Part shown: positions 40,930 to 54,589 of the stretch, one piece after another
Layout of the letters: the number at the start of each line of letters is the position of its first letter
Position numbering within the stretch: position 1 is the stretch's first letter
Source of the DNA: Rhina ancylostomus
Lineage: Eukaryota
Length of the DNA stretch: 64,000 nt
Assembly: GCA_030265395.1 (NCBI GenBank)
Contig: JARFYF010000052.1
Location: 60,676,429-60,740,428, forward strand
Reading direction: 5' to 3'
Program-made: the position numbers and the translations under genes
Notes under the pieces: model-generated
Told to the model about the DNA's origin: nothing
Seen by the model: only the letters and a program-made list of their open reading frames with translations
The model's database searches: none

Positions 40930-41820
40930 CTACATTTGCAGAGGCTGATTGCCAGCTCTTTGACACTCCCCCTTCAATGTGATACTCAGTTCCCACCCAC
41001 CCCACCCTCATTCAGTATTCTAGAAGGACCATTCCCTCTGTGGTCCATGAGTACACTGAATTATTTCCACCAAAGTTCACTCTGCTTTGTACAGAACCCA
41101 AACACTACTTCCAATTTAGTGTTTGAAATTTGGTGTTTGTGTTGTGATTTCTTCTGCAGTGGGAAAAATAGAGTATTGGATGACCACTTTGCAGATCACA
41201 TTCATTCAGTGACCCCTGCCACTAATTCATCACCACACTTCTATTCTGTCTTTGGTCTCTTACACTGTTCCAACAAAACCCAACTTAAGCCTGAGGAGCA
41301 GCGTTACATCTCCCAACTTGGCACATTACAGTCATCAGTCTTAACACTGAATTCATATTCAATTTCAGGTAATCAGATCCAGTTTGAAAGGTGGTCAGCC
41401 TGAAACAGTAATTCTTTTTTGTCTATTCGCAGATGCTGCCTGACTTGCTGAATATTTTCAGTTCTCATTTAAGATACAGTGTGTATCCAGCATTTTTTTT
41501 TGTTAACCTTGTCGCTCTGTTTTCATTCTTCTCCTTCTGTCTACATCTCTAGGGAGATTATCTGCGATTAACAAGTCTTCACCACCCTCTCTCAGCCAGC
41601 ACCACAACTGGTTGCACCATTCAGTCTCTCCTGGTGTCCATTCAACTACAGACATTGCCATTGTTTTCTTCACTCCACCACATTGATCCCCACATCTCTG
41701 CATCTTGAGACATTTCAATGTGAACTTTCTTGGTTCTGATGGAAGTCATTGTCCTGAGAGGTTGACTCTGTTTCTCTTTCCACAGTTTCTGCCTTTACAG
41801 CACTTTCTGTTTTTACTGCA
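40930..41820 (+). mobile_element. Decayed Penelope-like element with duplicated tail
   Basis: ORF 40915..41403 ends FGLLHCSNKTQLKPEEQRYISQLGTLQ (Penelope C-terminus); tail motifs at ~41380-41460 and ~41735-41820. Confidence 0.7.
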
Positions 41821-41866
41821 AGTGTATTGTGCTGGTTTTACTTTAATACCATTTTGATCTCAATAG

Positions 41867-42061
<195 letters not shown>

Positions 42062-42261
42062 TAAATCATTTCTTCTTAAAGCCAGTGTGTTATTGACAGG
42101 GATTGATCATTGTGTTTCTGAGTATAATGATAACTGCACAGTAATTCCACCAGGCACACTCTGAGTTGAGCAGTGTCTAAGCACATTTCTATTTTTAATG
42201 GTGCCAGTGGCAAGCAGGTAGGTGCTAAAGATAAGACTGAAACATTCAATACCATGGTCAG

Positions 42262-42742
42262 CTAGAAATGTCAGAGAGTCTTACTGCACAGAAACAGTCC
42301 CTTCTGTACATGTTGTCCATGCTGACCTGTTTGCCCATCTACACTAATCCCATTTGCTACATTAGGACCATATTTTTCAGTGCCTTGCCTATTCAGGTGT
42401 CTGTCTAAATGTCTATTAAATGTGGTAATTTTATCCGATTCCACCACCTCCTTTGGCAGTGATTATATATTCCAGATACGAACCACTCTTGTTTTTTTGA
42501 AAAACAAACTTACCCCATAGATTCCCTTTAACCTATGCTTTTTTGTTTTTCATGCTCCTTCAGTGATGACTGTCCACCCTATCTATGTCTCTCTTTATCT
42601 TGTATACTTCTATCAGGTCACCCCTTAGCCACCTTTGTTCCAGGGAAAAGAAGCCCAGCCTATCCAATCTCCCCATAACTAAAATCCTCCAATCTAAGCA
42701 ACATCCTGGTGAATCTCCTTAGACTCTCTCCAGTGCAATCAG
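42262..42742 (-). mobile_element. CR1 LINE 3' end
   Basis: Same sequence family as 23295-24092 (atcaggtcacccctt, aacatcctggtgaatctcct). Confidence 0.85.
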
Positions 42743-42744
42743 TG

Positions 42745-43720
42745 CCGAGTGGATTCTCAATTTTGGCTTCCTCCTAAGGTCCCTACCATCATAGAAGCCA
42801 GTCTTCAGCCAGTTCAATTCACACGACAAGATATCAAGAAATGGCTGAGAATGCGGCATACAGCAAAGGCTAAGGGACCAGTCAGCATGTCATATGAGTT
42901 CCGAAGTCATTTACTCCTGCTTCGTCAGAGACCTTCTTTCTGTTGCAAGGTTGCACGATAGTTCAATTCCATTTACAACTCCTCAGCAAATGAAGCAGTC
43001 CATGCCTGCATTCAGCAAGACATTTACAAGATTCAGCCAGGAGCCGATAAGTGGCAAGAAACACTGCACAACAGAATAGTAATATGCAATGGCCACGTCC
43101 AACAACAGAGCCTGACCATCTGCCCTTACCGTTCAATGTGTTACTCTGACAGGGTCTACACCACGAAAATTACGGGGGTTGCCGTAGATCAAAAACTTAA
43201 TTGGACTATTATGGCTATAAGAACAATTAAGAGGTTGGATATCCTGCAACAATAATTTATCTCCTGGCACTTCACTCCAGTGTCTAAAAGGCACAAATCA
43301 GGAGTACAGTGCTGTGCAAGCAGCTCCGAAAATTCTCAAGAAACTCAGTACCTTGCAGGACAAAACCTCCATCTTAATTGGCACCCCAACCACTGCCCTG
43401 AACATTCATTCGCTTCACCACCAGTGTGCAGTGCCTCCAGCATGTGCCATCTACAAAATGCACTGCATTTACTCAACTAATCTCATTGATGGTAACCCCC
43501 ATAACCACTACTGTTAAGAAGGATGAGGATAGCGGCTTCCAGGGAAAACCACCAAATGTAAGATTCCTCCTTCATTCCTGAGTCTAAATCCTGGAATTCT
43601 CCAGCCAGCATCACTATCGAAGTATCTTAACCAGAAGGACTGCAATATTTCAAGGTGGCTGACCACTTCCTTCTCAAAGGCAATGAATTCTGGCCTTGCC
43701 AGCCACGCAGTGATCCTGAT
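42745..43720 (+). mobile_element. Deleted, decayed L2/CR1-like LINE
   Basis: SLQPVQFTRQDIKKWLR..TAKAKGP (pre-RT), LKKLSTLQDKTSILIG, IHSLHHQC; related fragment at ~260-520. Confidence 0.7.
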
Positions 43721-44784
43721 AAATGAAAGTACTTAAAAAAAAAATTCTTTTATGAAGTCTCTTCTACTCTCTTCCAGGCTTGTATGATACAGTTGATAAC
43801 CATTCACATCAAATGAATTGGAATGATGTGTCATTATAAACTATTTGTGTTTTAACACCATAAAATGTATACACAAGATAATTATTTCTATTAAGGAATA
43901 TCATATTGTTTGTTCGATAGAATTAGTGATGTTGAAGTCATGTACATGTAGTATTGCAGTTATTTTTTTAAAGTAGACTTGAGAGGGAATATTTACAGAA
44001 TAATGCCAGCTGTCCTTGGCTTACTTTAAAATAAAACAGTTATGGTTTTAACTTTACTTTAATTTGTGCAATCATTAATTATTTTAATGTGTAGTTAGAG
44101 AGCCCTCACATTGATAGAGGTCAGATACCTGTGTATCTCAGCTCCAGCAGTGATGCCTGGGGAGTACAGAAGAGAGCTGGGCGTAGGTGAATCATATGGC
44201 GAGAAAATGGATATAACATTATTTTGAAATAAAGTCATATTCTTACTCAGCCTAATTTTGCAAAGTTAAATATATATTTAAGGAAGAAGTCTGTTAATTT
44301 TCAAAATGTAATCTGATCAGATAAATCTTTTAAAAACTGCAAATACTTTCAATAACTCAAAAATTATAAAAAGCAAAAATGTAATTATAAACTTTAAAAT
44401 AGAGTTAAATAAATTACCTTTCTATTTAAGGTCATCGACCTCATTCATATGAATGGGTTTGCATATATCGCATAAAGCTGAGAGGAGCCAGATGCACTTT
44501 GTGTTCAGCCCTTTTCTTCAGCATTCCTGAACATCACTGCTGGAGTTCAGGCACATTGGCATCTGACCATCTCAAACTTTGGCATTTTAGCACATGGGCA
44601 CAAAAATCAAAGATGTGAGTGCAGGATAGCCAGCATTTCTCTACAGAATTACTGGCTCAGGGTAAGAATAATCCAGCTCATTAACAGTTTTGTGTACTTG
44701 AATTTAGTAATGGTTTGTTAACAATATCTTGAATCGTTTTAACCTTTGTGATCTCTTGAAACATTTGTGTATATTTTATTTTAG

Positions 44785-44859
44785 AGAAGAACAAGAGAGA
44801 AATTAATGAACGTCCTCTCACTTTGTGGCCAAGAAGTTGGTCTTCCAAAGAACCCCTCG
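44785..44859 (+). CDS. FRYL: FRYL coding exon (RRTREKLMNVLSLCGQEVGLPKNPS)
   Basis: attttag| and TCG|gtaggt; 75 nt. Confidence 0.95.
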
Positions 44860-44984
44860 GTAGGTTAAACCTCCTTATTTTACTTAAGGAATATTCCTAG
44901 TTTATAATCTTATACATGTATATTTGTTTATATGAGTCATTGAAAAGTTGTATTTTCTATTTTCATGGCAAGCCACAAAGTATT

Positions 44985-46550
44985 TTATTCAAAACGTCAA
45001 GAGAAAGCAAGGATAAGAGTGGACTGCCCATTGAATCAGGGATAAGAGTGAAAGGGAGTAATAAAAGTGAAGTCAAGAGTAGTACAGCATTTTATAAAGT
45101 CACAATATACTAGTGGATTTCAAGAATGAATTTGTTTTGTTAGAGGTAAGAAATAGAAAAGGAACATTGTTTAATGTAGATGTCCAAATAATGAAAAGGA
45201 GGGCCAAAACTGTGGGAGAAGCTAAGAAATTTTAAAGAATTCAACAATATTAGCATGTGTTTTCATTCATAAAAACTACAAACTGGAGAAAAACCATTGT
45301 AAAAGACAAGGTGGAAAAAGAATTACTATATTTTTACAGGAGAGCTTTCTTAATCCTTTTATCTCTAGCCCAGTAAGTAGTGGTGCTGAATTAGAAATGT
45401 TAAGTGAAACAGAAAATGCAATATGTTCAATAGGAAGAAATCTGGGTTTAAAGTAATTACAAAATGCAATAGGAATAATTAATGTGGGAGAAAGCCAATT
45501 TCAGTAGTTTGGAAGGTGAACTCACACAGATCACCTTGAATCAAAGATTAGCCAGGAAAACTAAATGTGTAAGGGCAAGTCTTCAAGGTAGTAGTTGAAG
45601 TGGGGCAGTTAAAGTCAGAAACCTCTTAGTGAAATAAAGATTGAAGTAAAACAGAAAAGGGAATTTGTAGCAAATGTCAGGTTCTGAATATAGAGCTTGA
45701 GGGTTGGGGATGGGCAGTAGTTTGGGAAGGATGAATACAAATTAAAAAAGGGATTTAAGAGAGGCAAAAAGAGAGTGTCTTGGAAAATAATAAGGAATGT
45801 AACTTATCTTGTATAAGTATAGCAGAAGTAGAATAGTTAAGGGAATGCTGGTACTGCTATAGAGACAAAAGAAATCAATGGAGGCAGAAACCATGACTGA
45901 GGCACTGAAAATGTACATTACATCAGCCTTCACAAAAGGGGGATAAGGTTAATGTTCCAGTACAAGAGAAGGGATTAGTGATACTGTATAGGTTAAAACT
46001 GAAAAGGGATGCTAAATAGGTAAGCAGCATTCTCAGTTTGACAAATCACCTAAACCATATGAAGGAAGCAAAAGCTCTGACCCCGTCCGCTTTGGATATG
46101 TGAGAGACATAAAAGGATTGGAGTATCAAGTGTGCAGAACTCACATTGAAAAGTAGGTGAAGGATAATCTTTGAACAACCAGCAAGTTGTGAGCAGTGAA
46201 AAAGCTACCATAAGCCCTTGTTATGGACATAATTAACACTTATTTGGAGAAACATGGAAAAAGAAAATGCCATCGCAGACTTGTTGAATCTGTATCCTAC
46301 CTGATTGATCTGATTCTGTTCTTTTATCGAATAGTAGCAAGAGAAGGGTATTAGTATGTGCTCCATTTGTTGCACTAAGGACTTGAAAATAAAATTGATA
46401 ATGCATCCCTAAACAAACATGTAGAAGGAGAGAAAAAGCACAAGCTGTTCAAGGAATAGTAGTAACAAAGGTGGGTAATTGGCTTAAAAGGCAGCTGGTA
46501 GTAGTCGATGATTAATTTTAGACTGGAGAATAACCTACATTAGGGTGAAT
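44985..46550 (+). mobile_element. Very decayed CR1 LINE internal fragment
   Basis: A/G-rich coding-strand bias; remnants such as MAEALKMYITSAFTK-like and endonuclease/RT linker sequence. Confidence 0.5.
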
Positions 46551-48670
46551 AGATACATTTTGGGCAGTTATGTAGAAGATTTATAAAACAAGACTAAAAT
46601 GAACAGTTCTTTTGAAGAGTTGATACTTGAACTACATATAAAATTCTTTTGAAGGTTGCCAACTAGCATTTCCCCACAGAGTTCATGTGTAACTTCAAAA
46701 ATATTTAATAGCATCTCACCAAAACCGCTCAGGCCTGATTCTGACCATGCATCCCAACATGCCTGCTCTCAAAATTACTCTCATCATTGAAAATGATGGG
46801 CCAATTCTAAATCACTAAATCCTGCCTTAATCACTTCCAAAATTTCCATGAGATAATTCAGTATCTTTCATTGTTTACCTTTATTTTCATTCTTCCTTTG
46901 AGTATGTTTTAGTTTGGATTTGCCAGTATTGAATTTGAGGTTTGTCATTTGCCTAACAATTTACATTGCCAATCTAAACACACTGCAAGACTTACCCTCA
47001 ATTCTTGCTCAATGCCCTATTTTAGTACCACCAATCCATGAGTTTAACAAACTCATAATTTTTTTTCTATATCCCAGGTCACTTATGTAAATAAAAGTCC
47101 AGGAGATGCTCTTCTGGCTGCAGTTGAACTATTTGTCACTATCTTAAATGAGGTGCATTCCTTGCAGCTTTTTTTTCTTAATCCAAATTAGCAATTCAAT
47201 CTCAGGTTTTCCCTTAGACATTCCTGAGTATTCGTTTAATTAAAAATGTTTAATGTGGAACTTGTGTCATGTGGCTTCTGGAAGTTTAAGCAAACCGTAA
47301 CGTAATAAAGGATTTTCCATTTTTTCTATTTTATGCAAGGTTTTTAAGCTTTGAAGTTTATCAAGCAGGTATCCTCCTTTCTATGAAATGCTGACTGTTT
47401 AATTATGTTAATGCAAGGAAATTTTTACACTATTTTACCCAATATTGACATATGCCTTTAATTATTTTGATTTTATTTACTACCCCTTTAAAATTTGCAA
47501 ACTATTTGCCAGGTTCCAGTGATGCAGCCACATATAAATCTTATACATTCTCTGGATCAATAATCCAAGAGTCTTAGCACTAGGGGCCATGGGGGATGAA
47601 TTGAGACACGAATTTGTGGCAATGCCACAAACTTAAGGAAAGGTTTAAGGGGGGGGAATTTGCCATTCTTCCCTGGTTTGACCTTTCTAACTCGAGGCCC
47701 GTCAATGAAATGGCCCTGTGACATCTAACCAAACCATTTAGGGCCAATTAGGTTCAGACAGTAAACAGATGCATGCTAATGAATTGCACATTGTATGACC
47801 AAATAAATAAGTAGTACAGCAAAAAATGCTCCCATTCCCATTTCTCTTCATTTCGATCAAAGTCCTGTGGTGAAAACAAAGTTTTCCCCCTTCCATATTG
47901 ACCAAATATCTTGACTTTCATCTTCATTATGTTGTACTTTAGTTGCCATGTCCCTTTTGCAAACAAATGTGGTTAGCCAAGAAGCAATATCAACTATTTA
48001 TAAAACAATGGGATTTAACTTGTCCAAGACTGCCTGCCACCTTTTCACTCATTATTCATTCCACACATCAGCTTGCTGGCCTGGTTGAAGACTGGCAGCT
48101 GCACTGAAAATTTAAATATGTAATTATCAATCAACCTGAAAGTAGTGTGCCAAAAATTAATTGTGGAACTTTCGGAGTGTTTCATCCCTTATGTTTATTC
48201 TTGTGTGAAGGATCACCGCTACCAGTTTCTCCCCTGGCACCTTCACTGAACCATCTGCTCATTCTATAACCCTGGCATTCCCTATTAGTTATTCTCCTTG
48301 AGTCAAATAAACTTGCTTCATATCTAAGTATGCTGCTTTCCACCATAACTACTCATTTTTGTCCCCAATTCATATATTTTAGCTTGCTTTTATTAATTCA
48401 GTATATTAAAATAAGAATCTTTTTATCATTAAATTTAACTTACATTCATGAAGCTTACAAATCTAAACACCATTGAAACTTGCAATACAACTTTTGTTTG
48501 TATAGCTCCTAGGACATCTTCAGCAAGGATTTTTGAACTGTTCATATATACAGCCTCAGACAATGATGAAAGCATAAAGATGCCTAAACATTGGGAAAAT
48601 GCTTCATTTTGAAAATTGCTTTTGCAAATATATCATAAGTCTGTATATAATTTCAAAACATTTTTTCTAG

Positions 48671-49021
<351 letters not shown>

Positions 49022-49519
49022 TAAAAAAAACTCCTGCAATTTAAATGTAGTCATCATTGAAAGAAATTATTATTACCCTACAGAAATATAGTAAAATAAA
49101 AAAATAGGAGATGTCCACTAAATCTACTTAAGCTGAATAAATCAAAATTAGAACAAAAGTCTACCAACAAAGTAAAATGAAAATATCATAGAAACATAAC
49201 CAGAGCACTCAGTGATTATTCCTCCTTTATTTTCTCATAAATTCCAAATCTTCATTAAATTTCCATAATACCTTTACAGTGATAATTTTGAATTGTAATG
49301 TGCCTTTAAGAACGAAAAATGTATCCAGGCACTTCGCAGAGGTGTAAAAATACAGAAGGAAGGGAGAGTTTGAAGGTATCAGTGGCATATATAAGGGTGT
49401 TGTGTAAGGATGGTTTACACCCAGNNNNNNNNNNNNNNNNNNNNNNNNNNNNNNNNNNNNNNNNNNNNNNNNNNNNNNNNNNNNNNNNNNNNNNNNNNNN
49501 NNNNNNNNNNNNNNNNNNT

Positions 49520-51050
49520 GTCAAACCTAAAAGGAACGCTCCCCACTGCAGACGACAGCAGCACACTGAGGAGACGGAGGCCGCAGGGGAGGGGTAGACT
49601 CCTCCTACATTCACTCAAAAAGACATGCAAATCCTAGTTAACAAAATCAAAGCCAGGACGGTTGCTGTGTGCAACAAGAGCTAGGATAGGACCAGGAAAC
49701 TTGCCAGGCCTGGCATGTATACAGAAATCTTCTAGTGGTGAGAATTCCTGCACAGTGGACCAATACAGGAAGAAATCAATGTCCCCAAGATATGTCAGGA
49801 TGATTTGCGTGCTATTGTTTATATTTGCAGAGTGGAGATCCTCATGGCAAAGTGTATTTAATATGGGGTTCTGAGTTGCTTAATCAAGGTGTCAGTCATC
49901 AGGAAGTATAGAAATTTTGCAGCAAGCCACTTAAGTGCCTGGATCATGGAATCATGCGTGTCAAAATCAGTGCAGGTGATGCAGAACGTGAAGCATTTTT
50001 AGGTATCATCTGGGCTTCCTTGTATGATTATTGGTGTGATGATTCAAGCATGGCAAGGGTCGCTTGGTTTGCACCAAGGGCCATGAATTTGCAGACTTAT
50101 AAAGAGAAGATTCTCTTTATCTGGGTCTCCCTTGAAGCTTGTGGTACTCTTCAGGTTCTGTCTCTTGGGATTTCAGGCTCCAGAACTCCTTGCCTCTCTT
50201 CCTCTGACACCCAACTGGTGCCTTTTGTTTCCATATCTGTTTGGCATGTACTGAAGGTACTCCCCTGGACTGATGCAGTCAACAAAATCTCATCTTGAGG
50301 AGACCAATGGTATTTTCCTCCATCATCCTGGTACTTGTATGACTTTCTTTGCACCTGTGCCCAGCAGCTGTCATTGGAGAGCCCATGATATGAGCAGCCA
50401 CAGTAGAGGGTAAGCCGCCTTGTCCCTCCAGACGTTATTGGCCACTCAAGATGTCCAGTAGTACATCCTCCCTTAGGATGAAGGAGGCATATGTGCACCC
50501 CTGAATCCTGGTGCTTGCCATGAGAAAACTCTTCTCCTGATCTGTAACAAGTTGCACATTGAGAGTTAATGGAAAGGTCTGGATTCTTAATGGGAGCCCT
50601 TATGGAAGCATGAGTTCAGTCAATGGCTGACTGCACTTGTGGGAATCCAGCAATACTGGCACATCCCACTGCCTGCGATGCCACCTATTCCTCACTGAAA
50701 GCAATGTAGGAGAAATCATTTTCTCCCATTTACAGTGCTTACTGTTGTGTTGAGCAGCAAATGGGGAGATATGAAAAAGATCTGTTGTCGCAGGTTAGAA
50801 AGAACTTGTAAGAGGAAGTTCAGAGTCAGCATGACCTTAACATCCACACAAAGAGCAGTGCTAGAGTGAAAGCATAGTGGAACGTCATGTACCTTGGTAT
50901 TTACAGCATTGGAAAACCTGGGCTTGTGAGTGTATTGGTAATCAGATGTGGTGTCTCTGAAGTCTCTCTGGAATAGGCTCCTTACAGGTAGATATAACTT
51001 TGCCTCCTGTATAAGAAGTTTGTCACCAATCAACCTTGAGTGACCACCAT
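49520..51050. mobile_element. Old DNA transposon remnant, possibly the Harbinger Myb/SANT gene
   Basis: GC-richer island; minus-strand HKPRFSNAV and plus-strand FTQKDMQILVNKIKAR resemble Myb/SANT-like N-termini of Harbinger elements. Confidence 0.3.
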
Positions 51051-52486
51051 GGCCATAATGATGTCTCTAGTTTTATCAAATCTTACAGAATTGGAGCCTA
51101 AAAATTGGGAGTTTTATGATCCAGTTCTTTAGCATATGTTTTATATCACCCTATTGCTGAATGATTTTGTGCAAACATAGTTCACTTGGTTAATGAAAAT
51201 AATAAAAGGTAGTGAAATTTATTGTGTTGATACTACAGTCTATTTCACCGACCTTGAATTTAATCAACTTTNNNNNNNNNNNNNNNNNNNNNNNNNNNNN
51301 NNNNNNNNNNNNNNNNNNNNNNNNNNNNNNNNNNNNNNNNNNNNNNNNNNNNNNNNNNNNNNNNNNNNNNNNNNNNNNNNNNNNNNNNNNNNNNNNNNNN
51401 NNNNNNNNNNNNNNNNNNNNNNNNNNNNNNNNNNNNNNNNNNNNNNNNNNNNNNNNNNNNNNNNNNNNNNNNNNNNNNNNNNNNNNNNNNNNNNNNNNNN
51501 NNNNNNNNNNNNNNNNNNNNNNNNNNNNNNNNNNNNNNNNNNNNNNNNNNNNNNNNNNNNNNNNNNNNNNNNNNNNNNNNNNNNNNNNNNNNNNNNNNNN
51601 NNNNNNNNNNNNNNNNNNNNNNNNNNNNNNNNNNNNNNNNNNNNNNNNNNNNNNNNNNNNNNNNNNNNNNNNNNNNNNNNNNNNNNNNNNNNNNNNNNNN
51701 NNNNNNNNNNNNNNNNNNNNNNNNNNNNNNNNNNNNNNNNNNNNNNNNNNNNNNNNNNNNNNNNNNNNNNNNNNNNNNNNNNNNNNNNNNNNNNNNNNNN
51801 NNNNNNNNNNNNNNNNNNNNNNNNNNNNNNNNNNNNNNNNNNNNNNNNNNNNNCATTGGTTTCAAGTAGGGTTAGGAGATTTAGAGTAAAGATTTTTTTC
51901 CTCAAAAAGAATTGATACATTGTGCAGAAGACAGGGGAATAATTATTAGTAGAATAACCAATATTATTTGAGAATTGGTCTGGTCCTGAAGTCTTAAGGG
52001 CAGGACTTAACCAGGAGCAGGTGAAAAGTGCAATGTTTTCCAAAAACAAATTAGATCAACAGTGTGTGAAAGCAAATCTTGTCAGATGTAAAGTCTCAAC
52101 AGATCTATTGCCGTAAATAATGTTAGTAGCTATATGTAAATTAGAAACCGTGATCCAATCTATTCCCAAGGTCTACTTTGTGGTATATAAAAGTATTTTT
52201 AATTATGTTGTAATATATTTGCAACATCTAATGGTGGACAATCAGTAAAGCATGCAGTTGTTTAAATTGGGTAAAAAGGGTGAAGCAACCAAAGGTTCTT
52301 ACCTTTTAATTAACAGGTGATTTTTTTTTTAACCTGAGGTATCACATCCTTATTAAACTGTCTGTTAATTTCAATGTAATTTTGTTTGTTGAGATTAAGG
52401 CGTACTCCTGTTTCTCACATCGTGCCAAATATTTCTCTTTTCTTACTTTTTAATGCTGGTCATCTCTTTTCTTCATTGCTAACCAG

Positions 52487-52495
52487 GAGCTGCAG
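52487..52495 (+). CDS. FRYL: Candidate 9-nt alternative microexon of FRYL encoding ELQ
   Basis: Long pyrimidine tract, ...cttcatTGCtaaccag|GAGCTGCAG|gtaagt; perfect donor; in a phase-0 intron, so frame-preserving (EDAE-ELQ-GESMDNF). Confidence 0.82.
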
Positions 52496-53039
52496 GTAAG
52501 TTGCAGCCTGGTGCAGTGTTTTGTAAAGTTACTGTCTTGTGTGTGATAAATGTTGAATGTTCACGGTACAGTATTACTGCGTGGGGCCTTACTGCTCTGT
52601 TTAAATATGTGTGCAAATTTTGCCTATTTGTAGGATATGACTTTGCATAATTGTAACAAAATAAAATTAGTAAGCAATACATTGAAGTAAAGAATTATCT
52701 AACAAAATTTTATGGATAATTTTTATTATTAATTATCTAACTTTTATAAATATGTAGTTATGTATTTAAAGCGCTGTTATAGGTGATAATGAGCTGCGTG
52801 TTATTTTGGTTGACTGTATGTTTAGTTCTTTGTGTGCTATCACTTGTGGGTATTTTGGTAAATCACTAAGGATTAGCAGCTGTGCAGTGTGTTTTGGGGT
52901 TAAGTGATTTATAGCACAACACCTCTAATATACAGTGCAGCACTGCTCTGGCAAAGTTTAAAATGGTCATATGAAAAGTAGCTTTAAAAATGTTCCTGCT
53001 CTTACAAAAATAATAGATTAACAAATAAAACTATTGCAG

Positions 53040-53240
53040 GGAGAAAGCATGGACAACTTCAACTGGGGTGTGCGGAGGCGTTCCTTGGAAAGCATTGAGA
53101 AGGGAGATACACCATCGCTCCAAGATTTCCATACTTTAGGAAGCACACCCAGTTTAAATTTAACTAATCAGGAGGATACTGATGAGTCATCTGAGGAGGA
53201 GGTACTGACCGTTAGTCAGATATTAACCCGCACACAAATA
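53040..53240 (+). CDS. FRYL: FRYL coding exon (GESMDNFNWGVRRRSLESIEKGDTPSLQ...ILTRTQI)
   Basis: ctattgcag| (A-rich, weak tract) and ATA|gtaagt; 201 nt. Confidence 0.95.
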
Positions 53241-54589
53241 GTAAGTTACCTTTTTTCTTGAATTACAAAATTGTATCTATTTGTATTTTTGTGACATGAT
53301 CTGCTTATAAATGTATTGATTTAAATTCAACCTAAAATCATAAAATTCATAGAAAATTTATGATACAGAAGATCATTTGAATCATTAAGTCTGTGCCAGT
53401 CATAAAAAAGATCTCTCAATCCTATCTTATACCACTTGGCATATAGCCCTGCAAGTCACAGCATGAACACATTTTAAATATGATAAGGACTTCTGCCTAG
53501 TAACAGGGTTCCAGTCACACAAACACCCATTGATTACCCTCTGGTTTTTGCCACGTAGCTAATTTTGAATCAGTTTGCTTCTTCTGCCTTGGGTTCCATG
53601 GGCTGCATTGTCAAAAGACACAAAATGTGCACTATCCTCTTCAACCCTCTTTGTTGTCTCCTCAAAACAAAAATAGTGTTAGTCAAAAATGATCCACCTT
53701 ACTAAATTGATGCTAACCATCCTTAACTAATTATTTCTAAATGAAGGTTAAACTGTCTCTTATTGATTCTAAAAATTTGTGAATCTTCAAGATTTCTTTC
53801 AATTTAATTCTATTTGATGTTTTCATACAATACCTCCTACTCCAACAAGATCTGGTATAATGTTGTACGATACTTTAAGGCTCTTGCAGAAGAAAATTAG
53901 TTTTCTTAATATAATAAAGGAAAATCATTAACTTGGAAATTTTCATGAATTATACATTTGTATAGAATATTGAATAAAATATTCATATTAAAATAAACTT
54001 TAATAAAAACATAGTAACTGTATCCTAAATCACATTATTATTTATGAATTTCCTTTAAATTTTCATATTTGGCCTTTGTCCAGTGACATTGGTGTAACAG
54101 TACATCTCTTTACTGAAAAAAAACACAATTTCTGTCTTGAGATTGTCACTTTCTGTCCCCTCTTCCCCCACTCCCACTTCCATGTTCCTTAATTAATTGG
54201 TAACGAGATTTCTCCACAGCTACCATTAGTGAACTTAATGCTGCTTTGTTGCTTTTTTGTATGGTTTGCAGAATGGATCAAGGTTTCTATTTTCCCCATA
54301 CTTAAGGAAATGGCTAACATAAAAAGGAAAAGTATAATTAATACTAGAAATCCATAAGTTTGTTAAACTAAGCGGACTCTGAAATTTCCATGAATATGAT
54401 AGAATAATTTTCATTTTGCAGTTGGATAGTTCATTATAATACGTCTAACCTATTTTATTGAATCTGTCTCTCTAAATTATGGCTTAGACTGAACAGACAT
54501 TTATGCTGGCATCTGTCGCTTGTCTGGTCCCATTGAGGCTGCCTAATTCCAGGATGTACAAGTGGCAGATTGAACACCACCACCCACAA

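Noticed and set aside
47078-47086. Possible 9-nt microexon GTCACTTAT (atcccag|...|gtaaat)
   Set aside because: Weak donor and no supporting motif or homology.
51193-52049. Long ORFs (201-261 aa) in the ORF track, and similar ones at 12828-13490 and 22260-22648
   Set aside because: They are open only because they run through N gaps.
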